Source of the DNA: an uncultured Smithella sp.
Lineage (GTDB): Bacteria; Desulfobacterota; Syntrophia; Syntrophales; Smithellaceae
Assembly: GCA_964394185.1 (NCBI GenBank)
Contig: CAYMWM010000008.1
Coordinates: forward strand, 1-49,734
Length of the DNA stretch: 49,734 nucleotides
Direction: 5' to 3'
Below, piece by piece: positions 26,701 through 37,687 of this stretch; the stretch's first letter is position 1; each line of letters starts with the position of its first letter. Under the pieces are notes generated by a model. It was given only the letters and a program-made list of their open reading frames with translations. It was not told the DNA's origin and ran no database searches. The position numbers were made by a program, and so were the translations under genes.

Positions 26701-26750
26701 ATCAATAGCCCTTTCAATATTTTTTCAGTTAATTCATAAATCAAATAACA

Positions 26751-27692
26751 TTATAATTTTCGCACATTACGCGCGTACCAGCGCCTCCCCAGCCAGCGCT
26801 GATGATGCCATGCAAAAGTTGGCAGAATTCCTCTCTTGCGCAGCCAGAAACGATGGGGAATGCCTTCGGTAGAAGCCCGAGCGGAAAGTGTTATATCAGC
26901 ACAGACGATGCCCTCGCCCTGCTCGAAGCTTCGATGTGCCAGCACATGACCGCCTGCATCCACAATGGCCGCGTTACCTTCGAAATAACCCCGGTATGGA
27001 ATCGGCAGTCCAGGCATGGGGCACTCAATCTCGCCGCAATGAGCGGCATGAATAACCGGCGCGCCAATCAGACGGGCGTTATCCTGTATGCAGGCAAGAG
27101 AGGTATGCCTGTTTGCCGGTTCCCAGAGACGCTGGAGAAAGTTCGGAAAATTGGTGGGGATACTCCACCAGCAGGAGCCTCCCATGATGACATCAACCTG
27201 ATTGCGAAGCCTCCGCGCGGTCATCGTGCGCATAAACTCCCAACAGACAGCCGCACCGATGCGTGTATGGTCATGGATTCCAAGCATTCCATTGTCAGAT
27301 GCCTCGCCGCCCTCATAAAAGTAATTTTCCCACATGGTGGGAAGGTCTTTATCGTGTTTGCCTACAAGAGTACCGTTGGCAAAGCATAAATATCTGTTGC
27401 GCACACTGCCATCGGACAACCTGCACAAAAACGAGCCACCCAAAACCACCTGATGATTTGCGGAAAAATCACGCAGAAAACCTGCGGCCTCGCCGTCACT
27501 GTTTTGGATAGCATTAACAATTTGCGGATTCCAGCTAACCCCTGTTGTGAAAAATTCCGGCAGGGCGATCCATTTTGCGCCCTCCTGGACCGCACGCAGA
27601 GCTAAACGCTCGCAGCTGTCTATATTTGCTTTTGAATCCCCTATTTTCGTTTCAAGTTGAATTGCCGCGACTTTAATCGGCTTCTTCATCAT
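26751..27692 (-). CDS. carbon-nitrogen hydrolase (nitrilase superfamily)
   Basis: KVAAIQLE start of fold, ALPEFF (Glu), catalytic Cys in AAVCWEF. Start set at MMKKPIK (27692), downstream of the preceding gene's stop; the track start at 27713 would overlap that gene by 13 nt. Confidence 0.85.
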   Translation of the reverse strand: MMKKPIKVAAIQLETKIGDSKANIDSCERLALRAVQEGAKWIALPEFFTTGVSWNPQIVNAIQNSDGEAAGFLRDFSANHQVVLGGSFLCRLSDGSVRNRYLCFANGTLVGKHDKDLPTMWENYFYEGGEASDNGMLGIHDHTRIGAAVCWEFMRTMTARRLRNQVDVIMGGSCWWSIPTNFPNFLQRLWEPANRHTSLACIQDNARLIGAPVIHAAHCGEIECPMPGLPIPYRGYFEGNAAIVDAGGHVLAHRSFEQGEGIVCADITLSARASTEGIPHRFWLRKRGILPTFAWHHQRWLGRRWYARNVRKL

Positions 27693-27700
27693 TTTTAAAA

Positions 27701-28669
27701 TCATCCTTTGCACGTATTGAATTCCGGCGGTTCCATGATGGTAATCCTGTTTCTCCTCAGATATTCCGGGAAGCCATACAGGCGTACACCCCGGTATTCC
27801 ATCACAACGGCATCAGCCGGACAATTATTGAGACAGCCGAAACATGCCAGGCATTTATCCCGGTCAACAAATTGTCCAAAAGGATTGATGGCCTTCGTCG
27901 GGCATTTTCTTATGCAGGTTTCACAGCCGATACATTTTTGAGCATCGATTGTATGTTTGGTAATGGCTTTTTTATTGAGCCAAATCAGAGGCAGCGCCTT
28001 CAAGCCTTCCCTCAAGGCTATTTCATAATTAACGGGAATTGCTTCTCCGCTGCTGATTCGCTTGAGTGTTTCATCGGTGAAACGCCTGACCTGAGCATAC
28101 GTCGCCGCATTCGGCAGATGCTGCGCGGCAATCTGGTTCGCGCTGTTCCAATTGGGGGTTGGATATGAGGGGATATTTCTGAAGGCGTCCCGTCCCACAG
28201 GCACTGCGCCCTTTTCAGCTAAAAGCTTTAGCAGATGACACGACGCGTTATGCTGATTACCTTCCGGACCACCGAAGGAGACAAAAGCCGCAACCGGTGT
28301 TCCCTTGATGGCAGGAATCGTTTCCAGCCACCAGACAACGTTGGGTGGAGTGTCGTAATAAAAAACCGGCGTACCGATGATTATGAAATCATAATCCGAC
28401 AGCAGTTTTTTATCAAAGTTCCGAATTTCTACAGTATCTACGATGATATTTTTTGTCTGCAGCAGGCAGGCGATAAGTCGGGCATAGCGATGTGTTTGAC
28501 CTGTCTGGCTGTACCATAAAATAAGCACCTTCATGGGAGAGCGTGTTTTTAATTCAGGATAGGACGCAAAACACTCGCGCCCGATAGAAACCGGCAGGCA
28601 TAAGGCCGTGCCTAAGATTGCACTCTTTTTAATAAAATCCCGCCGCGATTCCAAACAAGCTCCTTTCAA
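27701..28669 (-). CDS. flavodoxin-like plus 2x[4Fe-4S] ferredoxin-domain protein with a twin-arginine signal
   Basis: Tat motif SRRDFIK followed by a hydrophobic region. Flavodoxin-like VLILWYSQTGQT. Two CxxCxxCxxxCP motifs (CIGCETCIRKCP, CLACFGCLNNCP). Confidence 0.85.
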   Translation of the reverse strand: MKGACLESRRDFIKKSAILGTALCLPVSIGRECFASYPELKTRSPMKVLILWYSQTGQTHRYARLIACLLQTKNIIVDTVEIRNFDKKLLSDYDFIIIGTPVFYYDTPPNVVWWLETIPAIKGTPVAAFVSFGGPEGNQHNASCHLLKLLAEKGAVPVGRDAFRNIPSYPTPNWNSANQIAAQHLPNAATYAQVRRFTDETLKRISSGEAIPVNYEIALREGLKALPLIWLNKKAITKHTIDAQKCIGCETCIRKCPTKAINPFGQFVDRDKCLACFGCLNNCPADAVVMEYRGVRLYGFPEYLRRNRITIMEPPEFNTCKG

Positions 28670-28674
28670 AGGAC

Positions 28675-29148
28675 TTATAAATTTTTATTATTCCATTTTT
28701 TGAAGGGATTTCTGGCGAGGCTGGAATTCGTGTAGCGCGGGTCGTGGGTGACTTCCTGCCCCAGCCATGAAGGTTTTTCAAAAAGCTGATCTTCCGATTC
28801 CAACTCAACCTCCGCGACAATCAAACCCTTATTGTCGCCGAAGAACTCGTCAACTTCCCACTTTAATCCCTTGTGCATAACATTATGCCGGACTTTTTGA
28901 ATAATCACACCGGAGCAAAGTCTTAGCAAAAGCCGGGCGTCATCCATGGGAATCTCGTATTCAAATTCCATTCGCGATATTCCGTTGCGAAATCCTTTTA
29001 CACAAAGGAAAGCCTCTGTTTCCGTCAATCGGACCCTTACCGTTTTTTCCTTGTCTTTATTCAGGTAGCCCTGCGTGTAGCGAATGCCGTTACCGGCTCG
29101 CCAGTCTGTTCCCGAAACAAGAAATTTTCTTTCGATTTCCATGGGCAC
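28675..29148 (-). CDS. CYTH-domain protein (triphosphate tunnel metalloenzyme / CyaB-like)
   Basis: N-terminal ExExK signature (MEIERKFLV). Size 157 aa. Confidence 0.85.
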   Translation of the reverse strand: MPMEIERKFLVSGTDWRAGNGIRYTQGYLNKDKEKTVRVRLTETEAFLCVKGFRNGISRMEFEYEIPMDDARLLLRLCSGVIIQKVRHNVMHKGLKWEVDEFFGDNKGLIVAEVELESEDQLFEKPSWLGQEVTHDPRYTNSSLARNPFKKWNNKNL

Positions 29149-29206
29149 GGCAATATCCTCTGAAAAACTCCGTTTTTATTTCCAGCGCTTATTATAAGCT
29201 TTATTA

Positions 29207-30745
29207 TCAGCGACGGGAACGGCCGCCAAGAATTGATCCCAGCACGCCGCGGATAATTTCACGCCCGACCGTAGAGCCAATGCTTCGCGCCACACTTTTG
29301 GCGGCTGCTTCGGCCAATCCTTCAGTATGACCGCCGCGGGGGCCGGTGCGGCCAAATATTATTTTACCTAAACCGCCTCCTATTCCTCCCAGAAGGCCTC
29401 CCTCATCTTTCGAGGGAGTACCGGGTGTTTCAACTTTGATCTCAGGCTTGTCCTCCGGCGCGGTTTCCTGTTCGCCGTTTTTCAATTTTTCGTAGGCTGA
29501 TTCGCGATCAACTGTTTTTTCGTAATGTCCATAAATGGTGGAAGCCTTGATAGCAGCCATGCGTTCGTCATCGCTCATCGCGCCGATGCGTGAACAGGGA
29601 ACAATGACAAAGGAGCGTTCTACAACCGATGGACGCCCTTTTTCATCGAGGAAAGAAATCAAAGCTTCTCCGACGCCAAGCTCGGTTATCGCCTGGATGG
29701 CATCAAAGGCCGGATTCTGTCGCATGGTTGAGGCGGCTGTCTTAACCGCCTGCTGATCACGCGGCGTAAAGGCGCGAAGGGCGTGTTGAACACGGTTTCC
29801 CAGTTGGGCAAGAACCGTTTCCGGAATATCGAGCGGATTTTGTGTAACAAAGTAAACTCCCACCCCTTTGGAACGGATGAGGCGAACAACCTGTTCGATC
29901 TTTTCCATCAGCGCCTTCGGGGCTTCATTGAAAAGGAGATGAGCTTCATCGAAGAAAAATACAAGTTTAGGCTTTTCCGGGTCGCCCACTTCCGGCAGTT
30001 GCTCGAATAATTCGGCCAGCATCCAGAGCAGGAAAGTGGAATAGAGCTTGGGATTGTTATAGAGCTGATCGGCGGCAAGCACGTTAATGACACCGCGCCC
30101 TTCGCGATCCGTCTGCATTAAATCCGCTATGTCCAGCATTGGTTCTCCGAAAAATTTGTCGCCATCCTGTTCTTCAATGGTCAAAAGTCCCCGCTGAATA
30201 GCGCCGACGGAAGCGGCGGAAATATTGCCGTAGTTCGTCTTGAATTGCTTGGCGTTATCCCCCACAAATTGAATCATTGCCCTGAGGTCCTTCAGGTCAA
30301 GAAGCAACAGGCCGTTGTCGTCGGCTATTTTAAAGACAATTTGCAGAACGCCTGATTGCGTTTCGTTAAGGTTAAGCATACGCGCCAGAAGAAGCGGCCC
30401 CATATCGGAAATGGTTGCCCGCACCGGATGGCCGGATTTGCCGTACACATCCCAGAAGACTGTTGTGTTGGAACGGGGCTTGAATTCCTTGATGCCGATA
30501 CCTTCCAAACGTTTGAGCAATTTATCCGAGGCAATACCGGCTGCTCCTATGCCGGAGAGGTCTCCTTTGACATCGGCCATGAAAACAGGAACACCTATCG
30601 AGGCGAAGGATTCCGCCATCTTTTGCAGCGTAACGGTTTTGCCGGTTCCTGTGGCTCCGGTTATCAAGCCGTGGCGGTTGGCCATTTGCGGCAATAAAGC
30701 TATTTGCTTGCCCTGGGACATTCCGATAATAAGCGGTGTATTCAT
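29207..30745 (-). CDS. DUF853 / HerA-like P-loop ATPase (YjgR family)
   Basis: [19 protein letters not shown] Walker [11 protein letters not shown] Walker B, Gly-rich basic C-terminus. Confidence 0.85.
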   Translation of the reverse strand: MNTPLIIGMSQGKQIALLPQMANRHGLITGATGTGKTVTLQKMAESFASIGVPVFMADVKGDLSGIGAAGIASDKLLKRLEGIGIKEFKPRSNTTVFWDVYGKSGHPVRATISDMGPLLLARMLNLNETQSGVLQIVFKIADDNGLLLLDLKDLRAMIQFVGDNAKQFKTNYGNISAASVGAIQRGLLTIEEQDGDKFFGEPMLDIADLMQTDREGRGVINVLAADQLYNNPKLYSTFLLWMLAELFEQLPEVGDPEKPKLVFFFDEAHLLFNEAPKALMEKIEQVVRLIRSKGVGVYFVTQNPLDIPETVLAQLGNRVQHALRAFTPRDQQAVKTAASTMRQNPAFDAIQAITELGVGEALISFLDEKGRPSVVERSFVIVPCSRIGAMSDDERMAAIKASTIYGHYEKTVDRESAYEKLKNGEQETAPEDKPEIKVETPGTPSKDEGGLLGGIGGGLGKIIFGRTGPRGGHTEGLAEAAAKSVARSIGSTVGREIIRGVLGSILGGRSRR

Positions 30746-30863
30746 ATTGGCTCCTTATATAGAAAGGTTTATATATGTTTCGCAGGCTTTGAGTATAGAA
30801 AGAACGGCATTACATGTCAACGATGAAATCACTGTATGTTATTGCACGAGATTGAAACTCCAT

Positions 30864-33800
30864 TTATAGTTTTTCAATTTCTTCAATCAGCAAATTGAGC
30901 TTTTTGGGGGATACTGGATAAGGGGTTTTGAGTTCCTGCGCGAACAGCGATACTTTGTATTCTTCAATCAACCAGAACAATTCTTCTATCAGAATCTTTC
31001 TTTCTTCCGGATAATCTATGGAAATGTCCTCTTTAAACCGGTTGATTTCCTTGATTCCTGTGCGCAATTCGACAGGTTCAGTTGCCGCCGGTCTAGTCAA
31101 TTGCTGTAACTTCCTGGTATAAATGGCGATTTCCTGCCTTTTCCTTTGCGCCGAGGCCAGATTTAGACTTCCTCTTTCGGCGCGCAGCCCCAGTGCCCGG
31201 CAATAGCGCGGCAGATTCTTCAGTTGTTCAAATGTATAAAGTTCGGGAAAATTGACAGGCACAAGATCTTGCAGCTCCATCGGAACATCCTTGAGAAAGG
31301 TCAAAACAGGATTATTAGCAGCATTCTTCTTCAAGAGCCTTTGTACACTCGTATAGGTATCAGCAAACGCTTTCAATACCGGTTCGATGGAATGAAGCAC
31401 ATATTGGCCATGGAGAAGAATTTCCGAGTTCAAAAACCCGGCGTGCCGGATAAAATCTTCCTGCCTTCGCCATGGTTTTAAAAACAAATCCTTTTTAACT
31501 CTATTGATGATGGATTGTTCCAGGCGTTTTGGGTTGTCCATATTTGCGGCAATCGCTTTCATTTCAGCGTTCAGTGCGACATTTTTTTTAAGCTGCTTCA
31601 ACACAGTTGCAAAATGAATCTCATACAGGGCAGCGACGCCCTGCTGATGATTGATGTCGCTTTCCTTCTGATTTAAAAAAAGCCTGATGCTGATGGAATC
31701 ATCCATGACCTGCAGGGCTGGATAGGCATAACCGACAAGACCTTGAACGCCGGTGAGAGGAATTTGCCGGGGCAATTCGCCAAAGTCCCAGCGGGTTATC
31801 CCTTCTTTTTCCCATTTTGTGCGGATTTTATCCATTGCCGTTGTGTTAATAGTACCGGCAAGCTCTTTATTCAGTTCATTGATATCCCGGCTATTTCTAA
31901 TTTCTTTTCCTTTATCATCAATTACACTGTAGCGGATATTTAAGTGAACCGGCAGCTTTTCCAATGCCCAGGCATCGCGAGGGACCGTCACTTTGTATTT
32001 ATCCTGAAGCAGCTGACTGAGCGCCTGCGGCAAAGATTTGTTTAAATATGATTTCTGTTGCAGTAATGAATGTGCAACTTGGCTTGGCGACGGAAGTCTC
32101 TGGCGCAGTGATTTGGGCAGCAATTTCAATAAATGAACGGCTTTTTCCTGCATAAGCGAAGGCAGATGGCTGTCGATATTTTCCTCGGCAGCCATGGAAA
32201 TAAAGCTCAGCGGAACACTGACGGTCACGCCGTCGTCGCTTTTGCCCGGCCCAAAGCTGTAACGGCAGGTTAAAGCGGCCTCGCCGATTTTTATTTGATC
32301 CGGATATCGGGAGATTTCATCAGGATCTGGTTCATGGGCAATCAAGTCCTCCTCCCGGAATCGCAGAAATTCATCAGAGCCTTTTTCTTTGATGAGATTC
32401 ATTAAAGTCCGGATATCGGATATCAACGGCAGCCTCTTTTCATAAAGACCCGCTATGGTTTCCTCATCAGCGACAAGACCACGTCGCCTCAGTTTTTCTT
32501 CCATCGTTTTGACTTGATTGTATAATGATAAGTTGTGTTCCATAAAAGGAATCCGGCGGGAAACCTCGCCGGTGACGAGAGCTTCCCGGACAAATATTGC
32601 TTTGGCCTCTTCCGGATTAATTTTTTCATAGGCGACAGGCCGGCCCTCCACAATGGTCAAACCGAAAAGCGTGACCTTTTCCATGGCGACAACCTGTCCG
32701 CGATTTTTTTCCCAATGCGCGGCCGCATAAGAATAGCGGCAATTATCACCGCCCAGTTCCTCCAGCCACTCGCTTTTAATATTGGCAACATTGCGGGCAA
32801 ATAATTGCGAGGTCAAACTTATTTCCGCCGCCACGATCCACCCCCCCGCGCGGTTGAATAAACCGGAACCGGGGAAAATCATGACCGCCCGGCTCTTGGC
32901 CGCGTTGTAAAAGTTTTTTTCCTTCTTCTGTGCTATGTTGGAAAGATAACCGCTGAGAATGCAGCGGTGAATTTTATCGGAGATATCCTGATTTATTTCA
33001 ATTTTGATATATTTTTTACCTTTGAACGATTTGTTTTTCCCGTCCATAATATCCAGAATTTGATGATAAATATCGCGCCATTCAATCATCCGTTTGTAGG
33101 AAAGAAAATGATCGCTACAGAATTTTCTCTGTTTTCTCTGCGTAGGCATACCCTCCAGCGATCCGTGATAGCGGTTCCAGATGGTCAGATAGGTCAAAAA
33201 GTCCGATTCGGGATGATGGAAGAGAGCGTGAGCTTTTGATGCCTGCTCGGCTTTTTCATACGGACGTTCCCGTGGATTCTGAATACTTAATGCGGCGGCA
33301 ATGACGGCAATTTCGTTTACGCAATTCTCTTTTTTTGCTTCGATCAGCATTCGGGAAACTCTGGGATCAAGCGGAAACTCGGCCATCGTACGGCCCGTTT
33401 CAGTCAGTTTGTAATGAACGGTTTCTTCGGAAGCGTCATCTCTGGTCAGGGCTCCCAGATCGCGTAAAATATCAATGCCGTCGCGAATGCTTTTGGGCTG
33501 GGGCCGGTCAACAAAAGGGAAGGAATTGACCGCGCCCAGATTAAGGGAGAGCATCCGCAGAATGACACCCGCCAGATTGGAGCGCATGATTTCCGGCGGT
33601 GTATAAAGAGGTTTTTGTGAAAAATCCTCCTGGGAATAGAGCCGGATACAAATGCCGTTTTGCACACGGCCGCACCGGCCTTTTCTTTGTTCGGCGCTGC
33701 TCATGGATATGGGTTTTATCGGCAGGCCGGTAGTCTGGCTGCGGGGATTGTATTCCAGGATCCGCGCCAGTCCAGCGTCAATCACATATTTGATGCCGGG

Positions 33801-34874
33801 GATAGTCAGCGATGTTTCCGCGATATTGGTAGACACAATGATTTTCTGCTGCCCGGCGTGGGCAAAAATAAGTTTCTGCTGAGAACCTGAGAGCCTCGCG
33901 TAGAGGGGCAGAATCAGGCCTGAACATTTTTTTTCTAAAAGGGCGCAGGTTTCCCGGATATCCTGTTCGGTGGGCATAAAAATCAGAATATCTTCAAAGC
34001 GCTTTTCCTTCTGCAATTTCTCCACGCAGGCAACGGCTTCATCGATGTAGGTCGTTTCGCCTTTCTCTTCCTTGACCGGGTCAATTGGACAATAGCGGAC
34101 TTCCACAGGATACATTCGCCCGGATACCTTAATGACCGGCACTATATCAAACGCCTCGGAAAATTTTTCCGTATCAATCGTTGCCGAAGTAATGATGACC
34201 TTCAGATCTTTTCTTTCTGCCAAAAGAGTTCGTAAATAGCCCAGGATAAAATCGATGTTCAGGCTGCGTTCATGCGCCTCATCCACAATGATGGTATCAT
34301 AAGCCAGCAGATGGCGGTCCTTCACCGTTTCGGCGAGCAGAATCCCGTCGGTCATGACTTTAATCAGCGGTTCACCGGAACTCTTTTCTTCGAAGCGGAT
34401 TTTATAGGCGACGGATTTTCCGCATTCTTCGCCAAGTTCCGCCGCAATGCGCTGGGCAATGCTGACCGCGGCAATGCGCCGGGGCTGGGTGAGTCCGATA
34501 ATTCCCCGCAGGCCGCGGCCCGCCGCCAGACACATTTTGGGAATTTGTGTTGTCTTGCCCGAGCCGGTTTCACCGGTAATGATTGTCACCTGATGGTTTT
34601 TGATACTATAGATAATGTCTCTTTTTTTCGCCAGTATGGGTAGATTATGCGGAAATTGAAGTGGGGGTATGCTTTGCAAGCGCTGCTCATAACGCTTGTT
34701 GGAGAGAGCCAAGATTTTTTTCAGTCCATTGATTCTTTTGAAAAAAACGGCTTTATCCTTAAAACCCGTTTTTTCAATATCCTGAAACTTACGGATGATA
34801 TAGTAGTAATCCGCGATCATTGAATGATCGAGATGGTCTTTGATTTGCCGTATATGTTGCATGGCAACCTGCAA
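30864..34874 (-). CDS. hrpA: ATP-dependent RNA helicase HrpA (DEAH box)
   Basis: GETGSGKTTQIPK, VDEAHERS, SATID, TNIAETSLTIPG, QRKGRCGR. 1336 aa with the long HrpA C-terminal region. Confidence 0.93.
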   Translation of the reverse strand: MQVAMQHIRQIKDHLDHSMIADYYYIIRKFQDIEKTGFKDKAVFFKRINGLKKILALSNKRYEQRLQSIPPLQFPHNLPILAKKRDIIYSIKNHQVTIITGETGSGKTTQIPKMCLAAGRGLRGIIGLTQPRRIAAVSIAQRIAAELGEECGKSVAYKIRFEEKSSGEPLIKVMTDGILLAETVKDRHLLAYDTIIVDEAHERSLNIDFILGYLRTLLAERKDLKVIITSATIDTEKFSEAFDIVPVIKVSGRMYPVEVRYCPIDPVKEEKGETTYIDEAVACVEKLQKEKRFEDILIFMPTEQDIRETCALLEKKCSGLILPLYARLSGSQQKLIFAHAGQQKIIVSTNIAETSLTIPGIKYVIDAGLARILEYNPRSQTTGLPIKPISMSSAEQRKGRCGRVQNGICIRLYSQEDFSQKPLYTPPEIMRSNLAGVILRMLSLNLGAVNSFPFVDRPQPKSIRDGIDILRDLGALTRDDASEETVHYKLTETGRTMAEFPLDPRVSRMLIEAKKENCVNEIAVIAAALSIQNPRERPYEKAEQASKAHALFHHPESDFLTYLTIWNRYHGSLEGMPTQRKQRKFCSDHFLSYKRMIEWRDIYHQILDIMDGKNKSFKGKKYIKIEINQDISDKIHRCILSGYLSNIAQKKEKNFYNAAKSRAVMIFPGSGLFNRAGGWIVAAEISLTSQLFARNVANIKSEWLEELGGDNCRYSYAAAHWEKNRGQVVAMEKVTLFGLTIVEGRPVAYEKINPEEAKAIFVREALVTGEVSRRIPFMEHNLSLYNQVKTMEEKLRRRGLVADEETIAGLYEKRLPLISDIRTLMNLIKEKGSDEFLRFREEDLIAHEPDPDEISRYPDQIKIGEAALTCRYSFGPGKSDDGVTVSVPLSFISMAAEENIDSHLPSLMQEKAVHLLKLLPKSLRQRLPSPSQVAHSLLQQKSYLNKSLPQALSQLLQDKYKVTVPRDAWALEKLPVHLNIRYSVIDDKGKEIRNSRDINELNKELAGTINTTAMDKIRTKWEKEGITRWDFGELPRQIPLTGVQGLVGYAYPALQVMDDSISIRLFLNQKESDINHQQGVAALYEIHFATVLKQLKKNVALNAEMKAIAANMDNPKRLEQSIINRVKKDLFLKPWRRQEDFIRHAGFLNSEILLHGQYVLHSIEPVLKAFADTYTSVQRLLKKNAANNPVLTFLKDVPMELQDLVPVNFPELYTFEQLKNLPRYCRALGLRAERGSLNLASAQRKRQEIAIYTRKLQQLTRPAATEPVELRTGIKEINRFKEDISIDYPEERKILIEELFWLIEEYKVSLFAQELKTPYPVSPKKLNLLIEEIEKL

Positions 34875-35015
34875 TGCTCTGCTCCATAAAAATGATTAGT
34901 TGTTTATTTCATAGAGAGAGCACTAATGTCAATGCCGGATATGCCTGTCAAAAGCAATTCTGACACAACAGCTAAGCAAAGGAGGACGATATTTGACAAG
35001 TTTAAGCAACGAACT

Positions 35016-35573
35016 TTAAAACATCGCCTTATTAAAATTATTCAGATAAACCATTTCTGATAATGGTTTGCGTGATGGTCCCTCTTTGGATGGCACGGCC
35101 GGTTTGCCGATGGGAATAATGGCGAAGACTTTATGACCGTCCGGAATTGCCAGAATTTTTTCACAGGCATCATGGTTCATCAAGCCTACGACTACCGTAC
35201 CCAGACCCAGTTCATGGGCTTTCAGGCAGAGTGTCTGAACCGCGATACCCAGATCAAAAATTTCCCAGTTTTTAATGGAAGTGACTTCCTTTCCGGCGTA
35301 GCAACCGGAAATCCCCGTCTTTGCGCAGGCAACAATCAGCGCGGATGCAGCAAGCGAGCCTTTTGTTGCCGGATTCTTTTCGGAATAAGTGCTCACAACT
35401 TTTTCGATTAACGCCTTATCGCGAATGACTACAAATTCCCAGGTCTGGGTATTGGCCCAGGAGGGTGACCAGCGAACCGCCTCAAATATCTGTTTAAGCT
35501 CTTCATCCGTTACAACGTCATCCGTAAATTTTCTTACGCTTCGGCGTTTTAAAATAGCTTCCTGTAATTCCAT
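35016..35573 (-). CDS. nitroreductase-family protein
   Basis: ILKRRSVRKF motif. Start set at MELQEAI, which has GGGAGA upstream. Confidence 0.85.
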   Translation of the reverse strand: MELQEAILKRRSVRKFTDDVVTDEELKQIFEAVRWSPSWANTQTWEFVVIRDKALIEKVVSTYSEKNPATKGSLAASALIVACAKTGISGCYAGKEVTSIKNWEIFDLGIAVQTLCLKAHELGLGTVVVGLMNHDACEKILAIPDGHKVFAIIPIGKPAVPSKEGPSRKPLSEMVYLNNFNKAMF

Positions 35574-35631
35574 AGGTTGATTCTCCCTGTTCTTTAGTTT
35601 ATGCCCGCCGGACAACTCTTTTATTTAGAGT

Positions 35632-36441
35632 TTAACTACGGGACTGACTTGATGATCTCGTTTCTGTCAATTGAACTCCGGTAGTTTTTTCTTCAAATAT
35701 TTTTCTGGTTTCGTCGGCCACAGCGGAAATGGAGAAATTTACCCCTTTATAATCCGGTTCCAGAGAACCGATCAATTCCAGTTGAATTTCTTTTTTCTCA
35801 CTGGCGTTAAAAAGGAAATGACCGGGCTGCAATAATTTATGGGTTCCTTTAATCAGTACAAGTTTCAGCGGCGCATTACAATAACGCGCGATAGTAAACA
35901 CGCCTTTATTGAAGGGTGCAAGTTTCCCGTCGCGGCTTCTTGTTCCCTCCGGAAACACAAACAAAATGCCTCCATCCGCCAGATGTTCTTTGATATCCTC
36001 CAGATTGTTGATCATGGCCGGTCCCATCATTTCATTTGCGCCGGACGAGATATAACCGGCGTTTCTTAAAAACCAGCCGAAAATAGGAACTTGAAAAAAG
36101 GTATATTTTACGATGGTTCTCTGCCGCTGGAAGAGCGATATGAGCAGAATGGGATCAAGATAGGAAAGGTGATTGCAGACGATGACGGATGAATGAATAT
36201 TGCGCACTTCCTTGGGAATATTGAATTTTGTACGCGGAGAAAAGAGTCGCGTCAATGCGAAGAAAAATTTCAAATGCACATGATTCAGATTCTGGAGCGC
36301 GGTCGTGCGGTTTTCCGCAAATACATAAGCCGGTATGTACAGAAATAATAAAATAAAAAGATACCCGAACATAAAATAAAACCACATAATCAATGTGACG
36401 GCTAAATCGATTATAAAATGAATAAATCGGACAAGAAACAT
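35632..36441 (-). CDS. lysophospholipid (1-acylglycerol-3-phosphate-type) acyltransferase, PlsC family
   Basis: HX4D motif (CNHLSYLDP) and FPEGTRS. N-terminal membrane anchor. Confidence 0.85.
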   Translation of the reverse strand: MFLVRFIHFIIDLAVTLIMWFYFMFGYLFILLFLYIPAYVFAENRTTALQNLNHVHLKFFFALTRLFSPRTKFNIPKEVRNIHSSVIVCNHLSYLDPILLISLFQRQRTIVKYTFFQVPIFGWFLRNAGYISSGANEMMGPAMINNLEDIKEHLADGGILFVFPEGTRSRDGKLAPFNKGVFTIARYCNAPLKLVLIKGTHKLLQPGHFLFNASEKKEIQLELIGSLEPDYKGVNFSISAVADETRKIFEEKTTGVQLTETRSSSQSRS

Positions 36442-36448
36442 CGTAATC

Positions 36449-37687
36449 TCAGGAGAACTTTTTTATCAGCAAGATGGTATTCACACCGCCGAAAGCGAAA
36501 TTCTGTATTGCGGCAGTATGCACCCGTTGCTCTAAGGTGTTTTGTGCATGCTTGATCATTGCGCAACGCTCGTCAACTTCTTCCAGATTCAGTGTCGGTG
36601 CGATAAATCCTCCCTCCATCTGGTAGAGAGTCATGATGGTTTCTATAGCGCCGCAGGCGGCCATGGTATGTCCCGTATAGCTTTTCAGGCCAACCACATA
36701 AGGATGATTGCCAAAGACGTCATGAATGGCCTGCGCTTCAACGATGTCTCCCATTTTAGTGGCCGTGGCGTGCGCGCTGATGAGACCGACTTCCTGTGGA
36801 GCAATCCGGGCGTTTTCCACGCCGAGTTTGAGCGTATTGGTAATTCCCGTCAGATTGGGGAGAATCATATCGCCGCCGTTATTGTTGCAGGCAAAACCGA
36901 CAACTTCGCCGATGATATTAGCGCCACGCTTTTTCGCATGTTCATATTCTTCGAGCATAACCGCGCCCGCTCCTTCTCCCACAACAAGGCCGTCGCGCAA
37001 TTTGTCAAACGGCCGGGGCGTCCGGTGCGGCTCTTCATTGAACGCCGTGGAACAGGCCAGTAGGTTATCGAAAACGGCCACGGTGATGGTATCGTATTCA
37101 TCGGCGCCGCCGCAGAGCATGGCGTCCTGCATGCCGAACTTTACGGATTCATATCCATAGCCTATGGATTGAGAACTGGTCGTGCACGCTGTTCCCGAGG
37201 AAATGACGCGGCCTGTAATGCCGAACATTTTGGTGATATTGACAGCCGTTGTATGTACCATCGATTTCAGATAATCAACTGCTCCGACTTCCTTGATTGC
37301 CGATTTATCTTCAGCTCCGAAAAAGATGCGGTAAATATTTCTTTGCACTGTCGGAGAGCCGTGAATAGAACCGAAAGCCACTCCCAGCCTTCCGGATGTG
37401 ATAAAATCTTCTGTAAGTCCCGATTGCTCCAGAACTTCCTTGGCTACCTGGCAGGCGTAATAGGCCACCGGACCCATGGTTTTTCTGTGATTTCTTTTAA
37501 AGTCATACTCGACAGGATAATCAACGGTCCCGTAAACACGGGAGTGAATGAAGTTGCCGAGAAATTCTTCCTCGCGCAATGGTTTTATGCCGGAGACGCC
37601 GCTAAGCAGGCTTTTCACGATTTGATCCCTGCCATGACCGATGGGGGTAATAGCTGCCATGCCTGTAATAACAACTCTGCGTTCCAT
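36449..37687 (-). CDS. beta-ketoacyl-ACP synthase (KAS I/II type)
   Basis: Active-site Cys (SSGTACTTSS) and the two His motifs (SAHATATKMGD, YTGHTMAACG). Confidence 0.9.
   Translation of the reverse strand: MERRVVITGMAAITPIGHGRDQIVKSLLSGVSGIKPLREEEFLGNFIHSRVYGTVDYPVEYDFKRNHRKTMGPVAYYACQVAKEVLEQSGLTEDFITSGRLGVAFGSIHGSPTVQRNIYRIFFGAEDKSAIKEVGAVDYLKSMVHTTAVNITKMFGITGRVISSGTACTTSSQSIGYGYESVKFGMQDAMLCGGADEYDTITVAVFDNLLACSTAFNEEPHRTPRPFDKLRDGLVVGEGAGAVMLEEYEHAKKRGANIIGEVVGFACNNNGGDMILPNLTGITNTLKLGVENARIAPQEVGLISAHATATKMGDIVEAQAIHDVFGNHPYVVGLKSYTGHTMAACGAIETIMTLYQMEGGFIAPTLNLEEVDERCAMIKHAQNTLEQRVHTAAIQNFAFGGVNTILLIKKFS

Noticed and set aside
26802-27389. 195-aa plus-strand ORF inside the CN-hydrolase gene.
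   Set aside because: It is antisense to a gene with clear catalytic motifs. It is Arg/Gly/Ala/Pro-rich, has no SD and is typical of a GC-rich antisense open frame.
28675-30745. A HerA-like (DUF853) ATPase next to a CYTH protein as a possible defence pair.
   Set aside because: YjgR/DUF853 and CYTH proteins are widespread housekeeping-type genes. There is no nuclease or effector partner and no island signatures here. The two genes are separated by 58 nt and flanked by core genes (hrpA).
30315-30869. 184-aa plus-strand ORF spanning the DUF853 5' end and the intergenic region.
   Set aside because: It is mostly antisense to the Walker A region of the DUF853 ATPase, with no SD and an implausible composition.
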